From: Takakia lepidozioides
Taxonomy: Eukaryota > Plantae > Bryophyta
Length of the DNA: 64,000 bases
Direction of reading: 5' to 3'
Assembly: GCA_030704615.1 (NCBI GenBank)
Contig: CM060731.1
Location: 7,998,001-8,062,000, forward strand
In this document: positions 47,308 to 60,900 of the stretch, piece after piece
How positions within the stretch are numbered: position 1 is the stretch's first letter
Layout of the letters: each line of letters starts with the position of its first letter
Position numbers and translations under genes: made by a program
The notes under the pieces: model-generated
Database searches by the model: none
Told to the model about the DNA's origin: nothing
Seen by the model: the letters and a program-made list of their open reading frames with translations, nothing else

Positions 47308-48988
47308 GCTAATAAACCGTGTCTCTCATTCAGGAATAGAAGCAAGCATCTCCCACTATTGTTCTCTTTATCCCAACCAACCTCCTCCTATGTCAACATT
47401 CAGAATATTGAACCTCCCTACTGCCGCAATTCCCTTGCTTTCCACAAGATACGGGCATTTGCTCCAATAGTCGAGGAATAATATGACAGGGACCTTTCAG
47501 CACACAATGAGGTGCAAGAGGCTTGTTGCAAAACAAGGAACAATTCTTTGCAGTCAATTTTCACCTGGCTCAGGGCCTGAGCCTTGCTCCTAACTTGATT
47601 ATCGGGACTCAACCTTTCATGAGACGCTACAACTTACTAGTCAAGAATGTGTAATAAACTATTCAAAGTTATAATCAAAGCTGTTGCCCAAGAGGCTGAG
47701 AAAACAGTAGCCATTCTGTACGTTCCCTTTGGGTATTGATGTCTGACGAAGAACAGGAATAAATGGATTTGGCACCGGAAAAGAATGTGAGGGACTACGA
47801 CGCAGACAATACAGGAGGAGGGATGACATGCACCATTGACGCAAGACTGAACTGCAGGATGCATCCGCTTGGCCCATTGCTGCGCAGGCAATTGCTGTAG
47901 TAAGTCACTGCTTCGCGCCCTTGTCAATGCCATTCTGGAGTTCAACACAGTTCTTCCTTGGTACCACCATCACCCAACAGAGAGCACGGAGCCAAACAAA
48001 GAAGAAGACCAAACTATCAGAGGTGATATCTGAAATCAACTGGGAAGCATGCAATCCAGATCTAAATCGAAACATCTACGGAAGTCACCCATCAAACTGG
48101 CGGATGGACAGGCAAGAACCCATCAAAGACGAACCCATGTGGAGAATCACATTGAGAGACAGGACATCAACCCCGCAAAAATTGGAGAGGGAGGAATGTG
48201 TTAACTCACTTAAGTATCACTGCAGTGTTTACAAGTGTAGCGAAACCTCATGCCCACCCCAACATCGCGCAGGCTCTCGTCAACGCAGCCGAATGCAACA
48301 CCATCACTCCAGAGCTTCCACATGACACCCTCCAACATCAATCTCTGCCACTTAGCCCATTGCTCGGACGAAATGTTGGTGTGCAATCACGCCCACCAAC
48401 TCTGATTTATGAGGAGTCTTCATCGTTCACGTTCTGAGTTTGTGTTTCTTTACAACTCCAGTCCGATCGCAGTCTGGAGTTCAAATCGCAGATCTTAGCT
48501 CACAAGGACCATTCTTACTATTCGTAAAACCCCGTTTAAGGAAAAGAACCAAATACACCACAGTGGGAAAGGCTGAGACGGATACGCGGGAAAGTAGTAT
48601 GGAGAGGCAGTTGACAGCATTGGTGGCGCCCTGCAGAAATTCCAAGCGTTGGTATGAAAGAGTTTCTGAGGAGACGAAGGCAGATTGAATGTGAATGTCG
48701 AGTCAGGTTTCGCCCGTCTGTCGTTTGGGGGATTTTTCCTTTGCTGTTTCTGTGATGCAATGCTGTCCAGCAGCTGTTGGCACAGAGTGGAAAGGTAAGC
48801 GCCCGTAGGGAAAGTATAAGGATGAGCGGGGAACAGGTGCCTGCTTGTACAAAGAAATAAGACCGGTTTGAAAGGATAAAAAATATTATGGAATTCCTGA
48901 GAGGGAGAGGATTGGCAGCGTCTTTTAAATTTCTCTGGAAAATTTGTTATGCAGGTGAAATCGAGCTGCTCCGCATTTTGAGAACTCC

Positions 48989-51900
48989 ATGGATTTGAAC
49001 AGACTTGCAGAGGAAGGTCAGTATCACTTGTCCCCTCGCTTTCAACCCTACTACTGTTTCAGCCTGTCAATGCTAGACAGAATATTTGGTTTGGGTGTAC
49101 AACAGTTGCTCGGAAGAACATCGTCCACACAGGGTCCATGCGAGAATAATAGAAGGACAGTAGAACCACCAAGAAATGAAATGAAATGAAGAAAGGAACT
49201 CGTGCGGTTTTGCTTCCTCTCTCCTAACGTCCAAAAAGTTGATGAATGAAATAAGAGGGAAAGTACTTATTGATAGTTCCCTTTGAGCAATGTCCCTGCA
49301 GGATACTAATTCTCCTGAGCCGGCTGTGGGGTGAATTTGCAAACTCAACCCATAAGTAATCAGGATGGAGATGTATTCATTAGATTTTGCTTGTTGTAGC
49401 CTTGTGGCCATATACCCCGGAGCCAGTTTGGAAGGAGAATGGTGGGGGGACAGAAAAATAAGGGCGAAGAGAGAAGGAGAGAGACATAGAGACAAAACGT
49501 ATGATTGCAAGTGTGAGGAGTTTGGAGATGTTGCCAAGATCAGGTGACATTCCTCAATGTGTTAGACACTTTCTGTGTTGTTTCTGTCCATTGATACCAA
49601 CTGGGACGCATTCATCCCTAGACACCACATGTAACACAGAGATCTGCTGCAAAAAATAAGAGGTCCTTTGGGTATATGTAAAGACTGAGATGCTTAATGA
49701 GGGTGTGAACATAGTTTTGCCGTACATCTTGAATTTCAAAGAAAGATAGGAAATATAGGGTTAGCCAATTTTGCAAACTGGAAATGTCTGATATCCGTAA
49801 ACAGTGGAAGTTTCCACAGCAAGATTACTACTGAGTTGATGAGAATGTACATTTGAATGTTACGTCGTTGGTGTATGCATGACCTTATATGCACATGACC
49901 CTATCCTAGGTGTCAACTATGGCGAGCTATACTTCCAGCTGTAAGCTTGTCATGTAGATCAGGGAAGACAGAGATTGTACACTTAGACCTTGTTTGCATG
50001 AGATTCATTTGAATATTTTGAAAAAACAATTCGAGTTCTGGGTGTCTCAGACCTTACTATTCCAGGGCAGGTTGAGGAAAGGAGGGAGGCAGGGTATGGG
50101 GAGGGTAGAGAGGGACAGTAGCCACTTCAAACTGAGTGATCATACAAATTTTCCAAGTTTCATAAACAGAATGTTGAGTTTTGGGTTTAATGCCTTGTCT
50201 CTAGCAGTCTAATGCAGTTCTGGCATATATGTGGTGTGGCAGCAGAGGTACCAGCATGGGTAGGATTCTTGATGAGAGATGGCAAGGCAATTAGTTGTGT
50301 GGCATGTCTGGTGGCTCCACCCATCAAACTGTAAGTTGCGGTCTATTGCCTTCTCCTCTTTTGTATATATGCTTATTGGGCTATAATCCTTGTGCCTGAC
50401 AGTTTTCTTTTATTTGAAGTTGAGAACAGCTTTGCAGTACTCAATGTTTGTTCTATGTTGGCAACTGTGTTGTTTTTTATATCGTTTCTCACTCTGCTCA
50501 AGTCAACCTCTCTTGTTGTTGGACAGGCCAGCCACATTACACATCAAGGCATATGACAAGGCATCTGATCATGCCGCTTCCAATGAGCTATATCCCTCTT
50601 TTGAGCTTTGTAAGCGGGGCCCTGGTAGTGAGAGAGATGAATGGAAGGTTTTCCTTGAGTATCTTTATCTCAAACAGAAGGTGAGACAAGGCCTTATGGA
50701 AATCTTTATGGATGGAATGACAGCTTATGGTGGAAGAATGTCTGGATCAATGGCAGATAGATCCTCCCTCACAAATGCCAGATTTGAACTTCTCTGTTTG
50801 TGCAATGAATCTGCTGCAATACAACAATGTAGATGAATGCCTATTGTGAAGTATGTATTTATGGGCTGTCCAGTGTGACTAGTTTGACTGGGTATTATAC
50901 ACATTCTTCTCCTCTACTGGTCCTCCCTTTCTCATTTCATGGTTGTTCCTCACAAGTGCTTTGCGTCGCTTACAAACGGCATGATGCTGTGCTTGTAGGT
51001 TGGTTTTGTCTTCCTTGATGGCTGGAAATTGCTGATTCAACCACCCAATGTCAAGCCTTGTGGAATAGAGCCACTGCAAGTTCGGTTCTGTCCATCCGCA
51101 GCATCCCCTTATGTGTGCAAACGACCGGCCAAGGGAAATCGACGTAGCCAAGCACCACCCTCAAAACCCCTCCATCTCTCCACCTCTCCTGGTGCCATTA
51201 TACCTTTGACAATACCATCACATTCTCCTGCATCCAATCCGTCTACGATACAGGCACCCGCCCTCAATATTCCTGGGCTATCGGCATTGTCCCCTTCCCA
51301 TCCACAGACCCCGGACCACCATGCCTCTGTACATAGTGGCAAAGGTCAGTATGCCTTGTAATCTTCTGCTTGTGGTGTTTTCCTCCAGGAATATTATATT
51401 GCATCTATTTCCACAAGGCTACGGCATACAGCGTCTTAGGTGTACATTCTATGAATGTTATGTCTTATCTCTGTTTGATTTTGTTTTCTAAGTTGTTTTG
51501 TTGTTGTTCTACTGTGCTGCATAGGCCCTTTTCGGCCCCTTCGGATGGTAGATAGTTTCTTGCTTTCTTTCTTTCTTTGAGATCCGTGGGAGATTCCACT
51601 GTCTATTCTGTGGAACCCAATCTCTCACTGAAGTCTTTCACTACGAAGATCAGAAATGCTTGGCAGCTTACCTGCACGAGGCACTCTCCCTTAGACAATC
51701 ACTTGAACAATAGTTTTTATCTCTGGCTCTGGGGGGGTTTTTTTGTTTCCTCTCTCATGTTTTCTTCCATTTTGTCCCATAAGCTCTATGAGCTTTCCGC
51801 GGATGTTATAAAGCACCATTTCATTTCATTTCATTTCTTTTGAACATTTCTTTTTCTCCTGCAGCTTTCTTTTGTCTTCCTGTAGACCTCATGTAGTTCC

Positions 51901-54900
51901 TTCCTTTCTTTCACTTTGCAGCCACTGCCCTGGACAGATTGACTAAAGGTAAGGCGGCCTCCGTCCGCCTTCAGGCCAAATGCAAGCAAATACATCTGCG
52001 TCATCCCCCAACCAAAAAGTGGCTGTTTGACACCGTCGTCAGCCCTCCTACCATCTATGGTTGTGAGTTCTGGGCACCTGGTGTCCCTGTCTCCTGGTGG
52101 GAAAAGAATCTGGAACCATTACAGTCATCTTTTCTCCAAGCAATGCTTGGCGCCAGGAGCACAACTCCATCTCAGATCCTAGGTGCAGAGTTCGCATGTG
52201 TACCATTGCAATCCGAGGCCCTCTTCCGGCTTACAATCTTTCTCCATAGATTACAGGCCCTTCCACCCAAGGGGCTCGTGGCAAGGGCCCTCACAACATC
52301 TATGAAGCTCAAAGCTGCAGGTTTCAGGAACTCCTGGTATGCTCGAGTGGACAGTTTATTTCAACGCAACGGACTCTCTACTGCTTTCCTATTACCAATG
52401 AATCCAGATGAGGTGGACATCACATCCAGACATGACCGCAACAGACTCATTAGGAGAGAGCTTATGATACATGTCAAGAGAACTTGGAAGCTACCCAATC
52501 TCACGACAAAGCTCCACTTCTTCGAGAGACATTCTTGGTGCTCCGCGATGATAGAATCTTGAGACCAAATTACCTTTCAGCATCCTTATCTCCTTCCCTC
52601 CTGAGGGCATTGGGGCGGTTCAGGGTGGGTTCCCACAACCTACGGATAGAGACTGGCAGATGGGAAAACCTGCAACGGGAGGACCGCATATGTCCAGCTT
52701 GCATAGGGCGCAGCCAGGAAATTGAAACTGAAGAACACTTCTTCTTTTACTGCCCTCTATACTACGAGATCCGTGGGAGATTCCACTGTTTATTCAGTGG
52801 AACCCAAACTCTCACTGATGTCTTCCACTATGAGGATCAAAAATGCTTGGCAGCCTACCTGCACGAGGCCTTCACCCTTAGACAATCGCTAGAACATTAA
52901 TTGTTATTCTTGGTTTCTGGATTTGTTCCTCTCTCATGTTTTCTTCCATTTTGTCCCATAATCTCCATGAGCTTTCCGTGGATGTTATAAAGCATCATTT
53001 CATTTCATTTCATTTCCCTCTCTTCTGAGGGCATTGGGGCGATTCAGGGTGGGCTCCCACAATTTACGGATAGAGACTGGTAGATGGGAAAACTTGCAAC
53101 ACGAAGACTGCCTATGCCCAGCATGCACTGGGCCCAACCGTTGTATCGAAACTGAAGAACACTTCTCCTTTTACTGCCCTCTTTACTATGAGATCTGTGG
53201 GAGATTCCACTGACTATTCCATGAAACCCAATCTCCCACTGAAGTCTTCCAATAATGAGGATTAGAAATGCGTGGCAGCTTATCTGCACGAAGCTTTGAC
53301 CCTCACCCTTGAGCAGTAGTTGCTGTTTGGCTGCTTCTGGCTCTTTGTCTTTCTTTCAAGAGACATATTTGGTTGTCCGTGATGATAGAATCTTGCAGCC
53401 CAATTACCTATCGGCGTCTTTATCTCCTTCCCTCCTGAGGGCATTGGGCCGGTTCAGGGTGGGCTCCCACAATCTACGGATAGAGACTGGCAGATGGGAA
53501 AACCTGCATCGGGAGCACCGCCTGTCCCCAGCTTGCACCGCAACCAGGAATTTGAAACTGAAGAACACTTCTTTTATTGCCCTCTATATTATGAGATCCA
53601 TGGGGGATTCCACTGTCTATTCCGTGGAACTCAATCTCTCACTGCCGTCTTCCACTATGAGGATAAAAAATGCTTGGCAGCTTACCTGCACGAGGCCCTG
53701 ACCCCTACACAATCCCTTGAGCAGTACTTGCTTTTGGGCTGTTTTTTGGCTCTGGGCTTGTTTCCTCTCTCATGTTTTGTCCATTTTGTCCCATAAGCTC
53801 TTTGAGCTTTCCACGGACGTTATAAAGTACCATTTCATTTCATTTCTTGTTTCTTGCTTTCCTTTTGTCCCATAAGCTCTTTGAGCTTTCTGCGGACATT
53901 ATATAGTTCCATTTCATTTCATTTCATTTCGGGATCTACGGATAGAGACTAGTAGGTGGGAAAACTGGCAGCGAGGACTGCCTATGCCCAGTATGCACTG
54001 GGCCCAACCGGTGTATCAAAACTGAAGAACACTTCTTCTTTTACTGCCCTCTTTACTATGAGATCTGTGGGAGATTCCACTGTCTGTTCTGTGAAACCCA
54101 ATCTCTCACAAAGTCTTCCATTATGAGGATCAGAAGTGCTTGGCAGCTTATCTGCACGAAGCTTTGACCCTTAGGCAATCCCTTGAGCAGTAGTTGCCTT
54201 TGGGCTGCTTCTGGCTTCACTGTCTGTTATTCTCTTTCTTATTTCTTGTTTTCGTTTTGTCCCATAAGCTCTTTGAGCTTTCCGCAGACATTATAAAGTA
54301 CCATTTCACTTCATTTCTCTATATTCATCTTTTCATCAGGTGACTGGTTTTGTGCAAACTCATCCTGGTTGGCTTGGAAAACCCATTATGGATTTACTTC
54401 TGTAGCCAGGGTTCTGATGTCGATACTGAGTATGTTTTCAAATACCGGAAGGTAGTGGTCAAGACAAACTCATATGAGCAGCCTACAAAGCTGTCTTTGT
54501 TTTCACCTCATCTCCTGATGCCTACATCTCTCTCCCTGTTTGAAGTGACCTGATCTAGATTGTCTCTTTATTTTAAAAGTCAACCTCTCTGAGAGATGTA
54601 TGAAACTTATGTCTTCAGTAACCCTGTTTATGGTTATTTTCTACTTTTGCTAGAGTGAGTGTAGTTCTAAATGATGAATATTTGTGTGATGCAGATCCTC
54701 AGTGTTCTTCTGTGGGACATCCAATGACAGTGATAGTCCATCCCAATTTTTTGAACAGTTTGGAGGTAACCCATACTGATTGGATTTTTGGAGGGGTTGC
54801 TGAACTCATCGACAACTCTCGTGATGCAGGTGCAACCCGGTAGGTCTCCATTTTTCCCTGTAAGAGGCTAGAGTATCAAATTTTTGGTAGTAAGCATGTA

Positions 54901-57900
54901 TCCTCTGTTTGATGTTATATCGACCCTTCCATCAACACTTCATTAAGATCATGACCAGATTTGCTGGCTGTACACAAGCACCTTGGTGCTTTTTGGGTCC
55001 AGTTTTATACCCTGGTGGGTGGATTCCCAGGATCAGTTCTGGGAGAGATTGTATCCAGTGCAATTTTGTTTTTGGGGAATGTTCCTAGGGTGTGGTTGAT
55101 GAGTACCCTAAAGTAAACCTCAAAATTCATCATGCAGTTCTTACAGAGATGGTACAGATGTATTATCACTTCTTGGGTTGCATTTTTCGCAGATTGAATA
55201 TATCGATCAAACAGATTCGGTGGAAAGAAAAGAAGGAGACAATTCCGGTGTTGCAAGTGCTTGACAATGGGCAGGGCATGGATCATGATGAGATTGTACG
55301 CATGCTTTCGATTGGCCATGCAAGTCCTGATGAGGATGATACCAATCAAATCGGCCGCTTTGGAGTAGGATTTAAGGTGGATGCATAGCCCCTCTCATAT
55401 CTGCTTAAGTTGCATCTTCAGTTTGGGATAGGTTGATTTACTTGAAGATTGTTTATTAGTTGTATAGTGATTGCTCAGGATGAGACAATGTGACAAAATG
55501 CACATGCTTGATAAATGCTTGTCGTTTCTCATTACAATTGGGCATGTTGCAGCAATCTCTAACTCATCCAGCCAAAACAAATGTGTTCTTCTGTGATCGG
55601 AAAAATTTGAGAAAGCTTGCTGTGGTTCACCCCGTGACAGACAGGGACAATGCGTATTGGGGATGATGCTTTGGTTCTAACACAAAGCAAGCATACACGT
55701 TCTCTGGGATTTTTTTCGAAGACCTACAACAAGGGCAAATGTGTAGGTTCCATCCAGTCACAACTGTATTTGATCATCCCAAGAGAAGGAGAATGAGGGA
55801 TTAACAAAAACAGATGAAGAGCCAATGACTAATGTACTAGCGTGGGGGTGATGAAGTATTAGGGAGGGAAAATGGGAGGAAATGGAGGTAATGAAATGAA
55901 ATGAAATGGAACTTTATAACATCCGCAGAAAGAAAGAGAACTCATGAGAGAAACTTGAAAATGGCCACAGAAAGCCCACAGAGAGGAATTTACATGTACT
56001 ACTGTTGCTTGGGGGTGCACAGGGATTAGAGGCACCAATTGTGACATACAGAAACTACGACGGGAGCATGGAGCTGGACACAAATGTGCAAAGCGAAGAA
56101 GATGAAGAAGCATGCTTTAAGGCAGTAGAGGATCATTCACCTTTCGACAAATTCCGAATGGGCAGCGAGTTTGACAAGATTGGCAAGGGAAAGACTGGTA
56201 CTCGGATCTTTGTATATAATTTGAAAATGTGGGGTCCTCCCAACTGTATCTTCAAGTGGGAGTCTGGAGAGGAAGGAGGGAATGATGGAGAGGGAGAGGG
56301 AGAGGGAGAGGGTCGGAAGGGTGGTGATATTTTAATCCGGTCAAAGCGCACACGGAACCGGCCAGGCCAGACCAGCTATGAGGTGGGTTGAGAGCTACAT
56401 TTCAGAGAGTACAATTGAATATTTATCTCAGATCTGCAGATGAAAACTTCCCACAGTAGCAGAAGTGTTTTTCTCAGCCACCAAAAAGCCTCGTCTACTA
56501 GCGTGTGGGTGCACTGAGATAGAGCACTCTCACCAGCCCATCTCAACATTAGCCAAGAGATGAACAAGACTCATAGTTGGAGTGACTGGAAGGTTATGGC
56601 TGCTATTTGATTTTCTTCACCCTCACCAGGGAGGGCTTGTAAAAGCCATGGAGCCAAAACAGGCACCTTCAGAACTCTTCTGGTGCCCATGTTCTTGCTT
56701 ATAATAGAAAGAAAAGAGAATTTTATTCCATCCACGGGGATTATGTAGAACAACAAAACTTCCACATCAAAATGCACTAGATGTGGGCTGAAGAGGAGGA
56801 GGAAGACTCTTGCCGAAGCAACCGTAACTCATGGTGTCACTTCACCCCGAAGGCCTACTGCCTTCCGTTTGGAAGGTGGACACTTTCTAGTTGCCCAACC
56901 CTCCCCCAAGGACTCGGTACCACACATTAAGTAACCGGTTGACCCATTTACCCCCCTTTTATTGAGGGGTTGGCCATAATGGGTGACATCCAACATACAC
57001 CTATGTGGCTTTGAACCCACGACCACTTGTTAGGCGGCCTTGTGCCCTAACCATTGGGCCATCTGTTGGATGCTTGGGCTGAAGACGGATTAGTAGTTCA
57101 TGCGATCTTACAATCAGTGTCACTGGATAACTGTGTGAGGGAAATGGTCTGGCTAAGTGGGAAATAAATTGGAAGACACTTCTGGTACTCAAATCTGAAG
57201 GCTTACTACAAATGAAATGAAATGAAATGGTGCTTTATAACGTCCGCGGAAAGCTCGTAGAGCTTATGGGACAAAATGGAAGAAAACATGAGAGAGGAAC
57301 AAATCCAGAAACCACAATTAATGTTCTAGCGATTGTCTAAGGGTGAAGGCCTCGTGTAGGTAGGCTGCCACGCATTTTTGATCCTCATAGTGAAAGACAT
57401 CAGTGAGAGTTTGGGTTCCACTGAATAAACAGTGAAATCTCCCACGGATCTCGTAGTATAGAGGGCAGTAGAAGAAGAAGTGTTCTTCAGTTTCAATTTC
57501 CTTGCTGCGCCCTATGCAAGCTGGACATAGGCGGTCCTCCCGTTGCAGGTTTTCCCATCTGCCAGTCTCTATCCGTAGGTTGTGGGAACCCACCCTGAAC
57601 CGCCCCAATGCCCTCAAGAGGGAAGGAGATAAGGGTGCTGAAAGGTAATTTGGTCTCAAGATTCTATCATCGCGGAGCACCAAGAATGTCTCTCGATAGA
57701 AGTGGAGCTTTGTCGTGAGATTGGGTAGCATCCAAGTTCTCTTGACATGTAATTCCATAAGCTCTCTCCGAATGAGTCTGTTGCGGTCATGTCTGGATGT
57801 GATGTCCACCTCATCTGGGTTCATTGGTAATAGGAAAGCAGTAGAAAGTCCGTTACGTTGAAATAAACTGTCCACTCGAGCATACCAGGAGTTCCTGAAA

Positions 57901-60900
57901 CCTGCAGCTTTGAGCCTCATAGATGTTGTGAGGGCCCTTGCCACTAGCCCTTTGGGTGGAAGGGCCTGCAATCTATGGAGAAAGATTGTAAGCCTGAAGA
58001 GGGCCTCGGATTGCAATGGTACACATGCGAACTCTGCACCTAGGATCTGAGATGGAGTTGTGCTCCTGGCGCCAAGCATTGCTTGGAGAAAAGATGACTG
58101 TAATGGTTCCAAATTCTTTTCCCACCAGGAGACAGGGACACCAGGTGCCCAGAACTCACAACCATAGATGGTAGCAGGGCTGACGACGGTGTCAAACAGC
58201 CACTTTTTGGTCGGGGGATGCCGCAGATGTATTTGCTTGCATTTGGCCTGAAGGCGGACGGAGGCCGCCTTACCTTTAGTCAACCTGTCCAAGGCAGTGG
58301 CTGCAAAGTGAAACTTGGGGGAGTGGATAACCAGACCTAGGTACCGGTATGATTTCACAATCTCAATTTCCTGCTGGTTGAAGATGAATCTACGATCAGC
58401 CTGGCCATTGAAGACCATGATCTTGGTCTTGCTAAGATTGACCTGCATCCCATAGTCTTTGCAGAACTGTTCCAAAATTTTGAGATGGCGTTGCAGAAAG
58501 ACCAGGGATTGTGCCAAAAGGGCAACATCATCAGCATAGAGGAGATCTGATTGGGTTGGTCCCCCATCCAATGGGACCCCAACCCCATGGTTTTTTTATA
58601 TGTAATTCTCCAAGGCGTCAATGTAGATCCCGAACAGGGTAGGTGAAAGGGGGCAGCCCTGTTTGACTCCAATGTTGCTGTGGATCTTGGCTGAGAATTC
58701 ACCAGCGACGTTGACCATGCCAGTGACAATCTCATACATAGAAGAGATGGCACAAAGGATGTCTGGAGGGACTTCCACTCTATGGAGCCGTTGGAAGAGA
58801 AGGTCCCGAGGAACTGAATCAAAGGCTTTGTGAAAGTCCACGAAGCAAACATAGACCATTCTTTTGTCATAGCGTGCACTTTCCACCATAACTTGAAGAG
58901 TGAAGATGTGGTCAATAGTGGATCGGTTTCGACGGAAACCAGCCTGTCCCTCAGCACGAATGCGAGAGTACTCAGCCCAATCATCCAGTTCCATGGCCAC
59001 TACTGCCCCAAACAGTTTAGCAAGTAATGAGGACACCATGATAGTACGATGAAAGAAAGAAAAACTTTTATAACATCCAGAGATACTGACCACTTAGACC
59101 TCCTAGTGGAAACTACCATGAATCTGTGCTGTACAAATGCATGGAAATCAATACTGAAGATACATCAAATCGCCATTAATCTTGTTTTTCAAAGTTGTGC
59201 AGGTTCCATTGGATTACTCTTTGCAAGCATACATGGAAGTCCTCTTTTTGGTTCCAAAGATGAGTGTGTATGTGCAAGGAACACGGGTGAGACTGCTGTC
59301 CATATGTTAACAGATGCATGCACGGTCCTATTTCTTGTACATATCGGTAATTACAAAAACATGGACTTATGTTTTGTTCAATGTCCTCAAACTGTGAGTG
59401 GATATTGCCTTGATAGACAGAGTTCACTGATATCACCAAGTCTTTTTTGCTCTGCTAGAGAAATGAAATGGTGCTTCATAACATCCGCGGAAAGCTCATA
59501 GAGTGAGGATTGACAGTGACCCTCTCAATTAATATCTACATGTGTAACCTCTGATAGGCCTGCCTACCATTGCCCAAATTTGACCAGGTGAGAACAGTAA
59601 AGTTGGCCGACTCTCTCCACTCTACTAAACGTATTCGTGGAATCGTTCTTGGGAAGCGCGTAGTCTTGACACTTGGGTTCCGCCAAGTTGAATATGACCG
59701 TGGAAACTCTGGCATCTTTCTGTACTGGCATAAGCGTCTCATCCAGGTAGCTCTTTCACCTTTTTGTGAAGGTGGAAATATGTTCTTTCTTACTTTCTTC
59801 CTTCCGGACGTTATAAAGTACCATTTCATTTCCTTTGTCTTTATTGCTTGTTGATACACTTCCATTTTTCTCTTGCAGCTACCATAATTTGGGAAACTAT
59901 CCAACTAAATCTCATGGCTCAATTCACAATAGCAGGCATACAAGAGGGTGGGGAGGATGGTACACAGTGCTGATTACGGGCGCGGAGTCATTGGTGTCAT
60001 CGATATAACTGAGCTCATGGTAAGAGCCTTAGTGGAATTGTCCAGTGGTTCTATCTAGAGAATACCAGAGTTGATTACATCCTTGGGAAACAGTGCTATT
60101 TGAGCTCCTTGCCAGCATAAGCATCCAGTTGTAATTCTCTAGCAAGTAATGCATTGGATAATTACTATTTGGAAACAAAAACATCCTTCTGTACAGAGAG
60201 TCTGATGATGATAGGTGACAAAGTTTGGGATTAGCTTGGCATTCACACTGTGTCTATGGAAGGGGTGATCATTTGAACACAAGAATAGGAACTCAAAATT
60301 TGTGATGCAGAGCTTATTAAATTACAAACCAAGCAAGTAGGGTGAGTAATCTTGGTATATGTATATACTTGTAAGGGCCAAGTGTGGTACTGGTATTTAA
60401 TTCTTAAGCCACCATTTTGGTAGAAGCCAAATTTAGAGTTGTTGTTACAGAAACTTACTCCCAAATTCTGTTCGCTCATAAGTAGGAGCTACAAGGGAAT
60501 TAATGAGCAAGAATCCATGTTGAACAGTAATCTCTGTAGCTTCTATTTAGAAGACTTATTTTGGGCATGTTGGAGTGCCCTGGCAACAGCGCCACCACCA
60601 GCACTAAGGCCTGGTGCAGTATTACTTGTTGGCAAAGTTGCCTTTGTTCTCCCCCCAACCCATTGACAGTTGTAGGTCAATTCTGTAAATGGGATGTTGT
60701 CAGCTGGTGGAGGCAGTTCCAGACAGAGATTGCACCCAATTGCAAGGAGTTATATCCAGCTTGTTGATGTCTGTAAGGTATAGGTTTAGGTGGATGTCAT
60801 AGTCTTATGAGTCTATTGTGTCTTTCTCTGTATAAAGCACCATTTCATTTCATTTCTGTATTTGGCAGGACTTTGGGCAAGGTGAAGTGGGAGTTCTGGC

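Noticed and set aside
57000-57070. Functional tRNA gene
   Set aside because: A/B boxes are present but there is no convincing cloverleaf; the TSD and tail indicate a SINE.
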